Source: an uncultured Bacteroidales bacterium (GTDB lineage: Bacteria; Bacteroidota; Bacteroidia; Bacteroidales; VadinHA17). Taken from it: a stretch of DNA of 64,000 nt. Shown in pieces: positions 54,699-64,000 of the stretch. A model generated the notes under the pieces. That model made no database searches. It worked only from the letters and a program-made list of their open reading frames with translations, and was not told the origin of the DNA. The stretch covers positions 1,255 to 65,254 of the forward strand of contig CAVTSB010000003.1 in assembly GCA_963737255.1 (NCBI GenBank), written 5' to 3'. Within the stretch, counting starts at the first letter, position 1; every line of letters starts with the position of its first letter. Position numbers and translations under genes: made by a program.

Positions 54699-56887
54699 TC
54701 AGTTTCCAAGTTCAAGCTGGTTTTTTACAAGATTATAATAAGCTCCGCGCTTTTCAATAAGATTTTCATGTGTTCCTGTCTCGGTGATCTGCCCGTCATC
54801 AAGAACGACAATCTTATCGGCATTGCTTACTGTACTTAGCCTGTGAGCGACAATTATCACTGTTTTCCCCCTGAAAAAATCTCTCAGGTTTTCAACTATT
54901 GCCTTTTCAGTATTGGCATCGAGTGAATTTGTTGCCTCATCAAACATAAGAATATCAGGATCTTTATAAACGACCCGGGCGATCAGTAACCGTTGTTTCT
55001 GTCCTTCGCTGAGTCCATGGCCGTCGGACCCAATTTTCGTATTGTAACCAAGGGGCAGGGATTCAATAAATTCCCTGATATTTGCCGTGCCTGCAGCTTT
55101 TTTAAGCTTTTCTTCATCGAGTTCGCGTATTCCAGGTGCAATATTTCCGGCAATCGTATCAGGAAATAAAAATCCATCCTGCATTACTGCCCCTGCTTTC
55201 TCCCGCCACAATTTCAGGCTGATATTTGGAAGGGGGATATCCCCTATCGTGATTTCTCCTGTTACTGGCTGATAAAATCCCAGAAGCATCTTAAGCAGCG
55301 TTGTCTTTCCGCTTCCGCTCACACCTACAATTGCAGTTATTTTATCCTGTTCAATAACAAGATCAGTATTTTTTAATGCAAATGGGGAACGCGGCCCTTC
55401 ATACTGATAAGAAAGATTAGTCAATCTGATATTTTTATTTTCAGGAAGCCTGGCTACCTTGTTCTCAGAATCAGTCTCTTCATCATCCATATTATGAACC
55501 TCAGCCAGCCTGTCGAGGCTCATCCTGGCATCCTGTGACAGTTCTGAAGAATCCTATGATCTGGTTGACCGGGACATTAAGCTGACCGATTATGAACTGA
55601 ACGGCAAGCATCATACCCAGGGTCATGTTTCCCTTAAGAACTGCGGTGGCAGCAACAATTGTAATCAGTATGTTCATTATTTCGTTTATCAGGGTGGCTC
55701 CGGCCGACTGGTACTGGATTAGCCCGAGTCCTTTGACTTTCAGCCCGAAAAGTGAAGCCTGATGCGTTTCCCAGTCCCACCGCTTGCTTAATTCGCTCTG
55801 CGTAAGCTTTATCTCCTGCATACCGTTTATTATGTTTATAAGCTTTGAATTGGAGGCTGACATCTCTTTAAACCTCTGGGTATCGAGCTTCGCCCTTGAG
55901 TTCATGAAAAGCGACACCCACAGCAGATACAGAAGGGTGCCTGCAAGGAAGATCAGAAATATCTTAAGACTGAATATTGCCAGTACAATACCGAATACTA
56001 TCAGGTTAAAGAATGAAAACAATATGCTGAGGCTTGCCGATGTAAGAAATTCCTCAATCCTGTTGTTGTCATCGATGCGCTGAAATATGTCGCCTGTCAG
56101 CCTTGTATCAAAAAATGCAATCGGAAGGGCCATAAGCTTCTGAAGGAATCCGGAAATTATTGCCACGTTTACACTTGATCCGATATGAAGAAGCAGCCAA
56201 CCGCGCATGAATTCGACTGACATTCTTCCAATAACCAGGGCGAGCTGGGCAAAAAGAATCAGGTAAATAAATCCTATGTCATTATTATTCAGTCCAATAT
56301 CGATTATTGACTGGGTAAGGAAAGGTACGATAAGCTGAATCAGACTCCCGATAAGGAGGCCAAGAATAAGCTGTCCGAGATACTTTTGATACAGTTTGAA
56401 ATACTTCAGAAGGAATCTGAAACCTTTTGATTTTTGATGTTCATCTTCAATATTGTAAAGAGCCGGTGTAGGTTCTATTATCAGTGCGAGCCCCGTTTGC
56501 TTTCCTTCGGTTGCCGAACTGATCCATTTTTTTTCAAATTCTTCACGTGAATATCTGACGAGCCCGGTTGCCGGATCGGCAACCCATACTTTTTCCCTGC
56601 TGATCTTGTAAACAACAACAAAATGCTTCTGGCCCCAGTGCACAATACACGGGAGGGTCATTTTTTCCGCAAGCATTTCAAACGGGATCTTTACCCCAAG
56701 TGTCCTGAATCCCAAAGAATCAGCTGCCTCGGAAAGTCCCAGAAACGAAACACCGCTTTTTGTTATGAAGCATCTTTTTCTCAAGGTAATCGAGTGAAAA
56801 GTTCTTTTTGTAAAACGCTGCTACCATTTTCAGGCAGGCAGGACCGCAATCCATCGCATCATATTGTTTTACAAACGGAAATAACAT
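54699..56887 (-). pseudogene. peptidase C39 domain-containing ABC transporter (PCAT), at least 2 frameshifts as assembled
   Basis: The N-terminus MLFPFVKQYDAMDCGPACLKMVAAFY, from the ATG at 56887, carries the C39 catalytic Cys. The TM domain is ORF 55501..56784. The NBD is ORF 54699..55523 (GVSGSGKTT, LSEGQKQR, ILMFDEATNSLD). Slips lie near 56783 and about 55530. Confidence 0.85.
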
Positions 56888-57020
56888 TTTCTACGATCTT
56901 GTCGTTTAAATACGAAAGTAAAGATATTTATTATTTAGTAAAAAATACTTCATTAATTCGGGCATCCGAACTGACAGATCAACACTTTTAACCGGGGAAA
57001 TACTATATTTGTCAACAATT

Positions 57021-57600
57021 ATGCAGAAATAATCAGCGATTGTTCCGCAAAATTTCAGATAGTAGCAATAATTGAAGGCATTCGCCAGCAGGACGACGAA
57101 ATACTTAACTGGCTTTATGATAATTATCGTGAGACGGTCAGGCACCATATACTCAAGAACAGTGGCTCCGAAGCTGATGTCTCTGATGTATTCCAGGAAT
57201 CAATTATAACCCTCTACAATCAGATATCGGGAAATGAACTTAAGCTGACAACTGATCTTAAGGGTTACTTTTTTGGTATCGCGAGGAATATCTGGAGCGC
57301 CACTCTGCGGAAAAAGCTGAGAAATACTGAAATTGATCCTGACTTTCCTGATGACGGTGGCAGTGATGAAGCCGGGAGTGAAATTCTTGAAAGAATTGTG
57401 AGCAGGGCATTCCGAAACTTAAGCCTGATTCCCAGACTATTCTTACTCTGTTTTCGGAAGGCAATTCATATGAGGAAATAGCGCTGAAAATGAATCTCAA
57501 GAATGAAGACCTAGCAAGGAGAAAGAAGTATCTGAGCAAAGAAACCCTCATGGAACTTATCAAAGAGGATCCTGAATATAAGGATTATCTGAATTTATAA
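57021..57600 (+). pseudogene. sigma-70 family (ECF-like) RNA polymerase sigma factor, frameshifted
   Basis: The region-2-like part is DVFQESIITLY...GYFFGIARNIW. The region-4-like part SQTILTLFSEGNSYEEIALKMNL lies in another frame after about 57420. The ATG at 57021 is also out of frame. Confidence 0.65.
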
Positions 57601-57749
57601 TAATAGAGGAATAAGAACCAATCCGAGCAATATTGCTGCAGCACCTGCCAGAATATCAGATCTTTCTTGAATAATAAAGGGATTCATTGTTCCCGTAAAT
57701 AACCAGCGCAGACCAGAAATAAGGATGTGACCGCAGCATATCGGCTTTC

Positions 57750-60689
57750 TTAAGATAATTCATGCCTTGCTTTTCTGAGTGCATCACTTTTTGTTTCTCC
57801 CTTTTTGAGATATTTGTAAAAATTCTTTACAATTTCGGTACCTGACCTGTCCTCAATCTCCCACATTGACATAACAACTGACTGACTTCCGGAATATATA
57901 AATCCCCTTGCCAGGCTCAGTATACCCTCACCTGAATTCAACTTTCCCGATACCAGTGTTGCACGAACTGAGTATTACCATTTTGGCCTTAAGCGGTATA
58001 TCATATACCTCATAAGTATTCAGGTTGCCGTCCTCAACAGAGTCCGTCGGCCTGGTAAAACAGCATTTTGGAATGCATCGGATACTGATCATTCAGGACA
58101 GTATGCATCGCAAGGTGAATAATATCATAATTATGTGCTTCCGCCTTAAACCTCATTTCCGTAGCGCCGTCATTTATACACAGAGTTCCTTCCGTAAGTT
58201 CTGAAACATATTCAGCTTCCTGGCGGGCAAACGGCAGATCATTGATACCTGACAACCTGACCTGCCTGGTCTGAAGCACTGAATCGATGTTGATCGTCCT
58301 GGTATAAACCGGGGCAAATGCTATAAGACTGTTTGACATGCTGACAGTCATTTTTTTCACTGACTCTGCCAGCAGTGTTGCAGAATAAGTATACGAGATC
58401 CTGAATTCATTCATCATATAGGGGAGTTCCCTGTAAAGGATATCATCCCCTTTGAATTCCTGATAAGGAATCGTCTCAAAAGGGATATATGAAAGAATAT
58501 TATCGGGAGAAATTAATAACTTGTCTGATATCAGGTACTTTCGCACGGGTTCCAGAATTTTCCTGTAAATCCGGCCACCGTAAAGTTGATATTTCATGAA
58601 TTCTGACTTTGCATCCATGAAAGGTGAAGGCAATGAGAGAAGCTTTCTGAATTCCCTTACATTATCAAAAAAACCGGAATCAACAGGCATGGTAAAAAGT
58701 TTGGTGAATTTCCTGTTAGCCAGAAAAATATAGATAACAGTATCAGATACCACGTAATTCAAATAGTTCGTGTTTCTGCCGGCAACGGAAGGAATATCAC
58801 CGGGCTTTACGACTTCTGTGTTATATTTCAATAAGTAATAACCGGGATACTGCTTCTCGAATAGTTTCACAAGCGAATCACGTCCCTGCGCAGCATTAAA
58901 GACATTACCCTTCCATTCTGCTATAAGCTGGGCGTCAGGTGATTTTTTATTGTTTTCCTCCGAAATTTTGGCGTTATAGAAACTGATCTCTGTTTTGAGC
59001 TTTCGCTCAAGCTCTGCAACCTCAGCGGGAATATGGAACTGAGTTGCCTTAAGTTCACGGGTTGATGCGAGCAGTCCAGCTACTTTGCTCTTTTCAGCGT
59101 ATTCAAATGCCTTCTCCAAGGTATTCCTCACGCCCGGTATGCCTGTAACATAAATCAAAATCCCTGATTGCTTCAACGTAGGCATCCCTGTAACGGTCTC
59201 CCAGTACGAGCCTGCTTTCCTCTTCGGTGATATTGATCCTTACCTTTTCCAATAACGCAACAATTATTTCAGACGTGCCGGAAGCTGCGATCAGATAACC
59301 GTAATTATCAGATTTTCTGAAAATATCCCATAGGATCCGGTATTTTGCGTTCAATAAATCGATCGACCATCTGTCGGGCTCAATCAACGCAATATCAGGA
59401 TTTTCAACGCCGGTATACCCCGGATTGTCCGGAACAGAGGTGAAGAGTAATTCCTGTATCCTCCTGAGAGCCTTTGCCGAATCTCCGTTCTCATTCAGCG
59501 TCAGGGCATACCCGAGAATAACCTGGTTTCTCAATGACAGATCTTCCTTATGATCATTGAGATAACCGATACACAGTTCATAAAAAAGAAGCGATTTTTT
59601 GATGTCCTTCCTGAATGTTCTCAGGTATTCTGCATAGTTTTTCAGCACCTCAAAATAATCTTTCGAATTCTCTCCATACGATTTTTTAGCTTTTTCAAGA
59701 GAATTCAGGATAAGCTCCTCGCCCTGATCAATCCTTCCTGCGTTAGCAAGCACAACAGCAAAACTGTTTACAAAGTTAAACGACAATATTGAATTTGATG
59801 ATTTTGTCATTTCAAACCCACGCTTAAAATACTCATCGGCCTTGTCGTTCAGCCCAAGGAAGAAATATGTGGCCGCCAGACTATTGAGCAGATTAATATA
59901 ATTTGCATCCTTCGGAAGGAAGTTTTCTTCATAAATCAATTCCGCCTTCTCAAGGTAAAGAGCAGCCCTGGAATAGTCGGACAAGCTTATATAGCATATC
60001 CCGATATTGGAGTAGATCGTTGCCCGATCCTGACTGTAATTATCATTTCCCCCGTTTATCAGTTTCAAAGCTTCATTTCCGAAACTGATTGCCCTGGTAT
60101 ATTCGTAAAGTCCGAAATTTGCCGTGATAAGATTCGACAGACCCTTTAACAACACAGGGCTTGATTCACCATGGAGCTTTTTATCTATTTCAAGCGACAT
60201 GAGGGTATATTCCTCCATCCTCTTGAAATCACCGAAATTGTTATACACTACTCCCAGGTTAAAAAGACATTTTGCATGAATTTCATCATCGCATTTCAGG
60301 CGTTCCCGTATGGATGAAGAAAGAGAGAACCAGACTGCAGCTTCCTTGTTTTTACCTGTTATCAGATTATACACACCAATGTAATAATAGGAATCGGAAA
60401 AAATCAGATTATCATTTTTTTGTCCACTTAGATTTTTTATGATGGAATTTACGACGATTCCTGACCTGACGGTATCGCCTGAAGTCATATAAGCCTGAAA
60501 TTCATTATTCAACCTTTCGAGCGCACGGTTTAAAGAATCATCCTGGAGTCCGGTGCCTGATTCCTGGTAATTATTAACCAGCGACCTTGTGAAATCAGGT
60601 TCCTCCGTATCTGAAGCAGTTGCACAGGCTATCCCTGAAATGCAAAGGAAGATTAGTTTAAACCACCATATATGATTCTTATAAATCAT
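57750..60689 (-). pseudogene. TPR-repeat plus CHAT (caspase-like) domain protein, at least 3 frameshifts as assembled
   Basis: The pieces are 59103..60689 (signal and TPRs), 58034..59185 (ending HLAMHTVLND) and 57750..57941. The catalytic-Cys context VILSSCNTG is readable between the pieces, in another frame. Confidence 0.75.
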
Positions 60690-60926
60690 CTGGTACTTGC
60701 TGATATTTATGAAAATCCCCGCTTAAAGATCACAAGTATAATTGAAAATGCCAAAATTTATCTCAATCTATCAATTTTTTTTCATCAGTAAGTTACTGAT
60801 TTTCTTGACATAAGTTTTTTTATGAAAAAAAGTTGACTTTTTTTGGTCACAAAACCATAGTTTCCGACATGTAACAATAGAATTGCGAATTACCCTGACT
60901 AAGTATCAACGACTAAAATTAAAAAG

Positions 60927-61064
60927 ATGAAAAACCTGAATTTTGAAAAAACCGAAGAGATTTTTGATGAGTACACCCTTACTCCGGAAGAAATGATTTG
61001 TATTAAAGGTGGTGATGCCGGCGATCCGATTGTAAAACCAATGCCTCCGGTTGTCAGAATTTGA
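60927..61064 (+). CDS. double-glycine leader peptide precursor (GG-Bacteroidales type), 45 aa, not in ORF track
   Basis: I translated MKNLNFEKTEEIFDEYTLTPEEMICIKGG / DAGDPIVKPMPPVVRI myself. The leader ending LTPEEMxxIKGG is the pattern cleaved by C39 exporters. A weak hairpin plus a T-rich tract follows at about 61079-61107. Confidence 0.65.
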   Translation: MKNLNFEKTEEIFDEYTLTPEEMICIKGGDAGDPIVKPMPPVVRI

Positions 61065-61310
61065 AAAAGGAATAATCCTCCCGCCTTGGCGAAGGCAGGA
61101 ATTTTATAACATTATTGGCTGTGTTTTGTAGTTGAGTTTTCAGCTATCGATGCCGGAAGATATGTATTACGATCGGTGTCGGATGGCATGCGAAGGAAGC
61201 AGGTCGCATTTAAGTCCTGCGCGAATGATATTCTGAATTATAGATTTAATGGATATATGAATATCTGTATAATTAAGTATGGAAATAAATATTAAACAAA
61301 ACATAAAATT

Positions 61311-62055
61311 ATGAAAACAATTGATTTTTCATATTTCATCGAAAGGTACATAGCCGGAGAGATGGATGAAGCCGAGAAACAGTGGTTCAGAAATGAAATG
61401 GACGGAAACGAAAAGCTTCGAAAAGAAGTGGAGATCAGACGGAAAACGGAAGCAATCCTGAAAAATCAGGATCTTCTGAATCTCAGAATTAAGCTGGACT
61501 CCATAGAAAAGAAAAGAGCTGTTGAAGTTAGCGTCAGGAGGCAGACAAAGCATACAACAGTTAAGTATGCCGCAATATTTGCCGGTCTGATTATTATCGG
61601 CGGGATTGCACTGTTCTCGAATAAAGGTCCTGATTCAGGCGAAATTTTTGAGAAGTATTACACACCATACGAGGCAACGACAACACTCAGGTCCGACGTT
61701 GTAATGGATAATTCTGATTTTAACCTGGCCCTTGAGTATTATGAAATACATGACTACAGGAATGCTGCCATATACTTCTCCAGAGCTCTTGAGAACACAC
61801 CGGGGGACATGCATTCAGCTCTGCTGAACGGGATTTCGAATTTTGAAATCAGCAATTATCCTGAAGCCGAAGAGTTCATTATCAAAAGTGATCGATGACA
61901 ATAAAAACCTGTATATCGATCACGCTCAGTGGTACCTGGCTCTATGCTACATAAAAACTGACGAAAATCAAAAAGCAGCTGAACAGCTGGCCATAATTGA
62001 AAAATCAAAAAGCATTTACAGGAAGGATGCCAGGAAAATTCTAAGAAGCCTGTAG
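61311..62055 (+). CDS. anti-sigma-like single-TM protein with periplasmic TPR region, one frameshift as assembled
   Basis: The N-terminus FIERYIAGEMDEAEKQWFRNEM is typical of anti-sigma N-termini. The TM segment is YAAIFAGLIIIGGIALF. TPR-like repeats continue in ORF 61843..62055. Confidence 0.55.
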
Positions 62056-62074
62056 CAATATTAATAACAAGCAA

Positions 62075-62911
62075 ATGTTTAATCTTTCGGGAAATAATAA
62101 GGGAGAATCGGTTAAACCGGATACAACCGGTCAGACCAGTGAAAAGGTCCTGCAATCGTTGAATCAGAATTTAATTAATTGTCCTGCAGTATTGTCCGGA
62201 ATGTCCCGCGAAATGCGGACTCAAATGAACTCAATTGTTGCATTTGCATATCTTCTTAATAAAAAGGAATATACAGACGAGGAGAGGGATGAATTCAGCC
62301 TTCAGATCTATAACTCATGCGAACAGATGATATTGTCTTTTTGACAATTTTCTTGATTCAGCAGTCATTGATACGGGTAATTCAAAAACTGAAGCAGGAA
62401 TTTGCAATCCAGACGAAACATTTAGTGATCTTTTTACGGAATTCAGGGAAGATATTGAGAAAGGATAAATACAAGGACATTATCCTTGTGTCCGAAAACC
62501 AGCCGCTTAAGAATGCGTGAGTACCTGGTTGATACTAACAGGGTGACAAGGGTAATTCGCAATTTGTTCCAGAATGCCCTCAGCAATACAAAATCAGGTT
62601 ACATTAAGGTCGGTTATTATGTCAGGAATGGTGACTGACATTCTATATCCTTGATTCCGGCGAGGGATACTTCAGGTGCCGGGAATTTCTTCAGACGCAG
62701 GATCTGGCCGAATCCCTTTCAAAGTTCAATGATACATATTCAGCCATGAATCTGATCCTTACAAGGAATCTTATTAAAATGATGAATGGATCGGTATGGA
62801 TTGAATGCAACGGATTAACAGGATCCGGTATTTACTTTTCAATTCCGGTTTCAACTTCAGATGTTGAATCTTTGCCCAAAGAATATACGAACAGTATGAT
62901 TGCTATCTGAT
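62075..62911 (+). pseudogene. soluble sensor histidine kinase (no TM), several frameshifts
   Basis: The H-box context is SREMRTQMNSIVAFAYLL. The N-box VIRNLFQNALSNT and the G-boxes (ILDSGEGY, GSGIYFSIPV) are readable only by switching frames. Confidence 0.65.
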
Positions 62912-62992
62912 ACCAGATGTCTCTTTTCTTAATGTCTGAATGCCCCCAAAGCATGCGCCAGAAAATAGTTGTCCACCCGGGCAGCTATTTTT

Positions 62993-64000
62993 TTACTTTT
63001 TCATTTCCAGGATCTGGACTTCAGTTCTTCTGTTGAGCCTTCTCCCCTCTGATGTAACATTGTTCCCTATGGGCGACGCATTTCCATAACCTTTATATTT
63101 CAGCCGTTCAGCCGATACTCCGTTTTCGGTAAGAAAATTGACTACAGACAGCGCCCTTTTTTCAGAAAGGACAAGATTGTGTTCATTATTTCCGGTGGCA
63201 TCAGTGTATCCTCCAATCTCAACTATCAGCTGATTGTTGCCGCTCAGAAGATCTGAAAGCTTGTTCAGTTCCGACAGAGATTCCTTTCTTAAGTTCCCAG
63301 GAATCCGTTTCGTAGAAAATGTTGGCGAGGAGCATCTTTTCACCAACCTTCAATGGACTCAGCTTTATCTTCATCAGGTACGGTTTGAGGACAGAGTGCT
63401 GTCCTTCAAACATAAAATTTTCCGAATAAAACAAATAACCTGCCTTGCTGACATTCAGTGCATAATTAAATCCTGAAGGCAGGCAGACCAGGAAATTCCC
63501 GTTTCTGTCGGTAGTATTCTTCAGGACTGGTTTCCCGGTGGAAAGATTGATCAGTTCAAAGTCGGAAATAAGCATTTTCCCGTTCTCCCTGTCCGTTACC
63601 TTACCTTTAAAATATGCAACAGGGTCAGGTCTGTACCGATTCAGGGAGGTTAAAAGAGTAAATGTTTTTTCCGGTTTCGTTATCTCTTTTTGAAGAAAAA
63701 TAAGCTTTCTGGCCGCCAGATTCAATCACCAGCCCCATTTCATCATTAAATGTATTTATAGGATAACCAAGGTTCAATGGTTCAGTCCAGGTAGTATCAT
63801 CAAGCATACGGGTCATGTAGATATCGAATCCTCCCATTCCCGGCAATCCGTTTGAAGAAAAATAAAGTGTCTTACCGTCAAAATGAATGAATGGCGACAT
63901 TTCATCACCTTCAGTATTTATTTTCTCTCCCAGGTTTACAGGTTCCTTCCATTTGCCTTTTTGATCTGAAACTGAATACCAGAGATCCTTTCCTCCTATC
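62993..64000 (-). pseudogene. OmpA-family protein with PD40/TolB-like repeats and carboxypeptidase-regulatory-like domain, frameshifted, 5' end off window
   Basis: The C-terminus reads IVEIGGYTDATGNNEHNLVLSEKRALSV...NRRTEVQIL. Upstream pieces 63219..63725 and 63625..63900 lie in other frames. Confidence 0.7.

Noticed and set aside
61151-61237. 28-aa ORF MPEDMYYDRCRMACEGSRSHLSPARMIF downstream of the GG peptide, as a possible second precursor
   Set aside because: It has no GG leader, no similarity to the neighbouring peptide, and lies after the putative terminator hairpin.

Overview
The window looks like a Bacteroidota chromosome segment. Supporting signs are SC/GC lipobox lipoproteins, a TonB-dependent receptor, a FISUMP-domain protein, 6-bladed beta-propeller lipoproteins, a DUF349 protein and a GG-Bacteroidales-type leader peptide. 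All family calls come from motif recognition by eye; no searches were run.

Layout:
- 1-3.7 kb: a polysaccharide-export gene flanked by two degenerate four-helix-bundle (23S rRNA IVS-protein family) genes that sit inside octamer-repeat arrays, followed by a FISUMP lipoprotein.
- 3.7-26.0 kb: an accessory region that looks AT-richer by eye. It is bounded by a 19-bp direct repeat of the 3' end of tRNA-Arg(TCT). It carries a methyltransferase/hybrid-kinase/receiver module, a two-HKD PLD-like protein with two unknown partners, a structured non-coding stretch and a fossil tyrosine recombinase.
- 12.6-25.8 kb, within that region: a co-directional array of nine ORFs separated by long repeat-rich spacers. 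Several ORFs are bracketed by cassette-specific GTTA.../...TAAC inverted cores. This integron-like architecture is the most interesting signal in the window.
- 26.2-30.8 kb: two tandem LeuC/LeuD-like aconitase-family pairs plus an AraC regulator, all riddled with frameshifts.
- 31-36.8 kb: bioG-like, YihY, ComB, GT2 and TlpA-like genes.
- 36.7-43.3 kb: a B12 uptake locus behind a cobalamin riboswitch.
- 43.5-53 kb: a transglutaminase-like gene, LacI, yidC, pyrG and DUF349.
- 53.4-62.9 kb: a HlyD protein and a C39-peptidase ABC exporter, a sigma factor, a TPR-CHAT protein, a 45-aa double-glycine leader peptide that is absent from the ORF track, an anti-sigma-like TPR protein and a soluble histidine kinase.
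- 63-64 kb: an OmpA-family gene running off the window.

Roughly 40 frame disruptions are present and their distribution is patchy. This sequence alone cannot tell me whether they are assembly errors or real decay.
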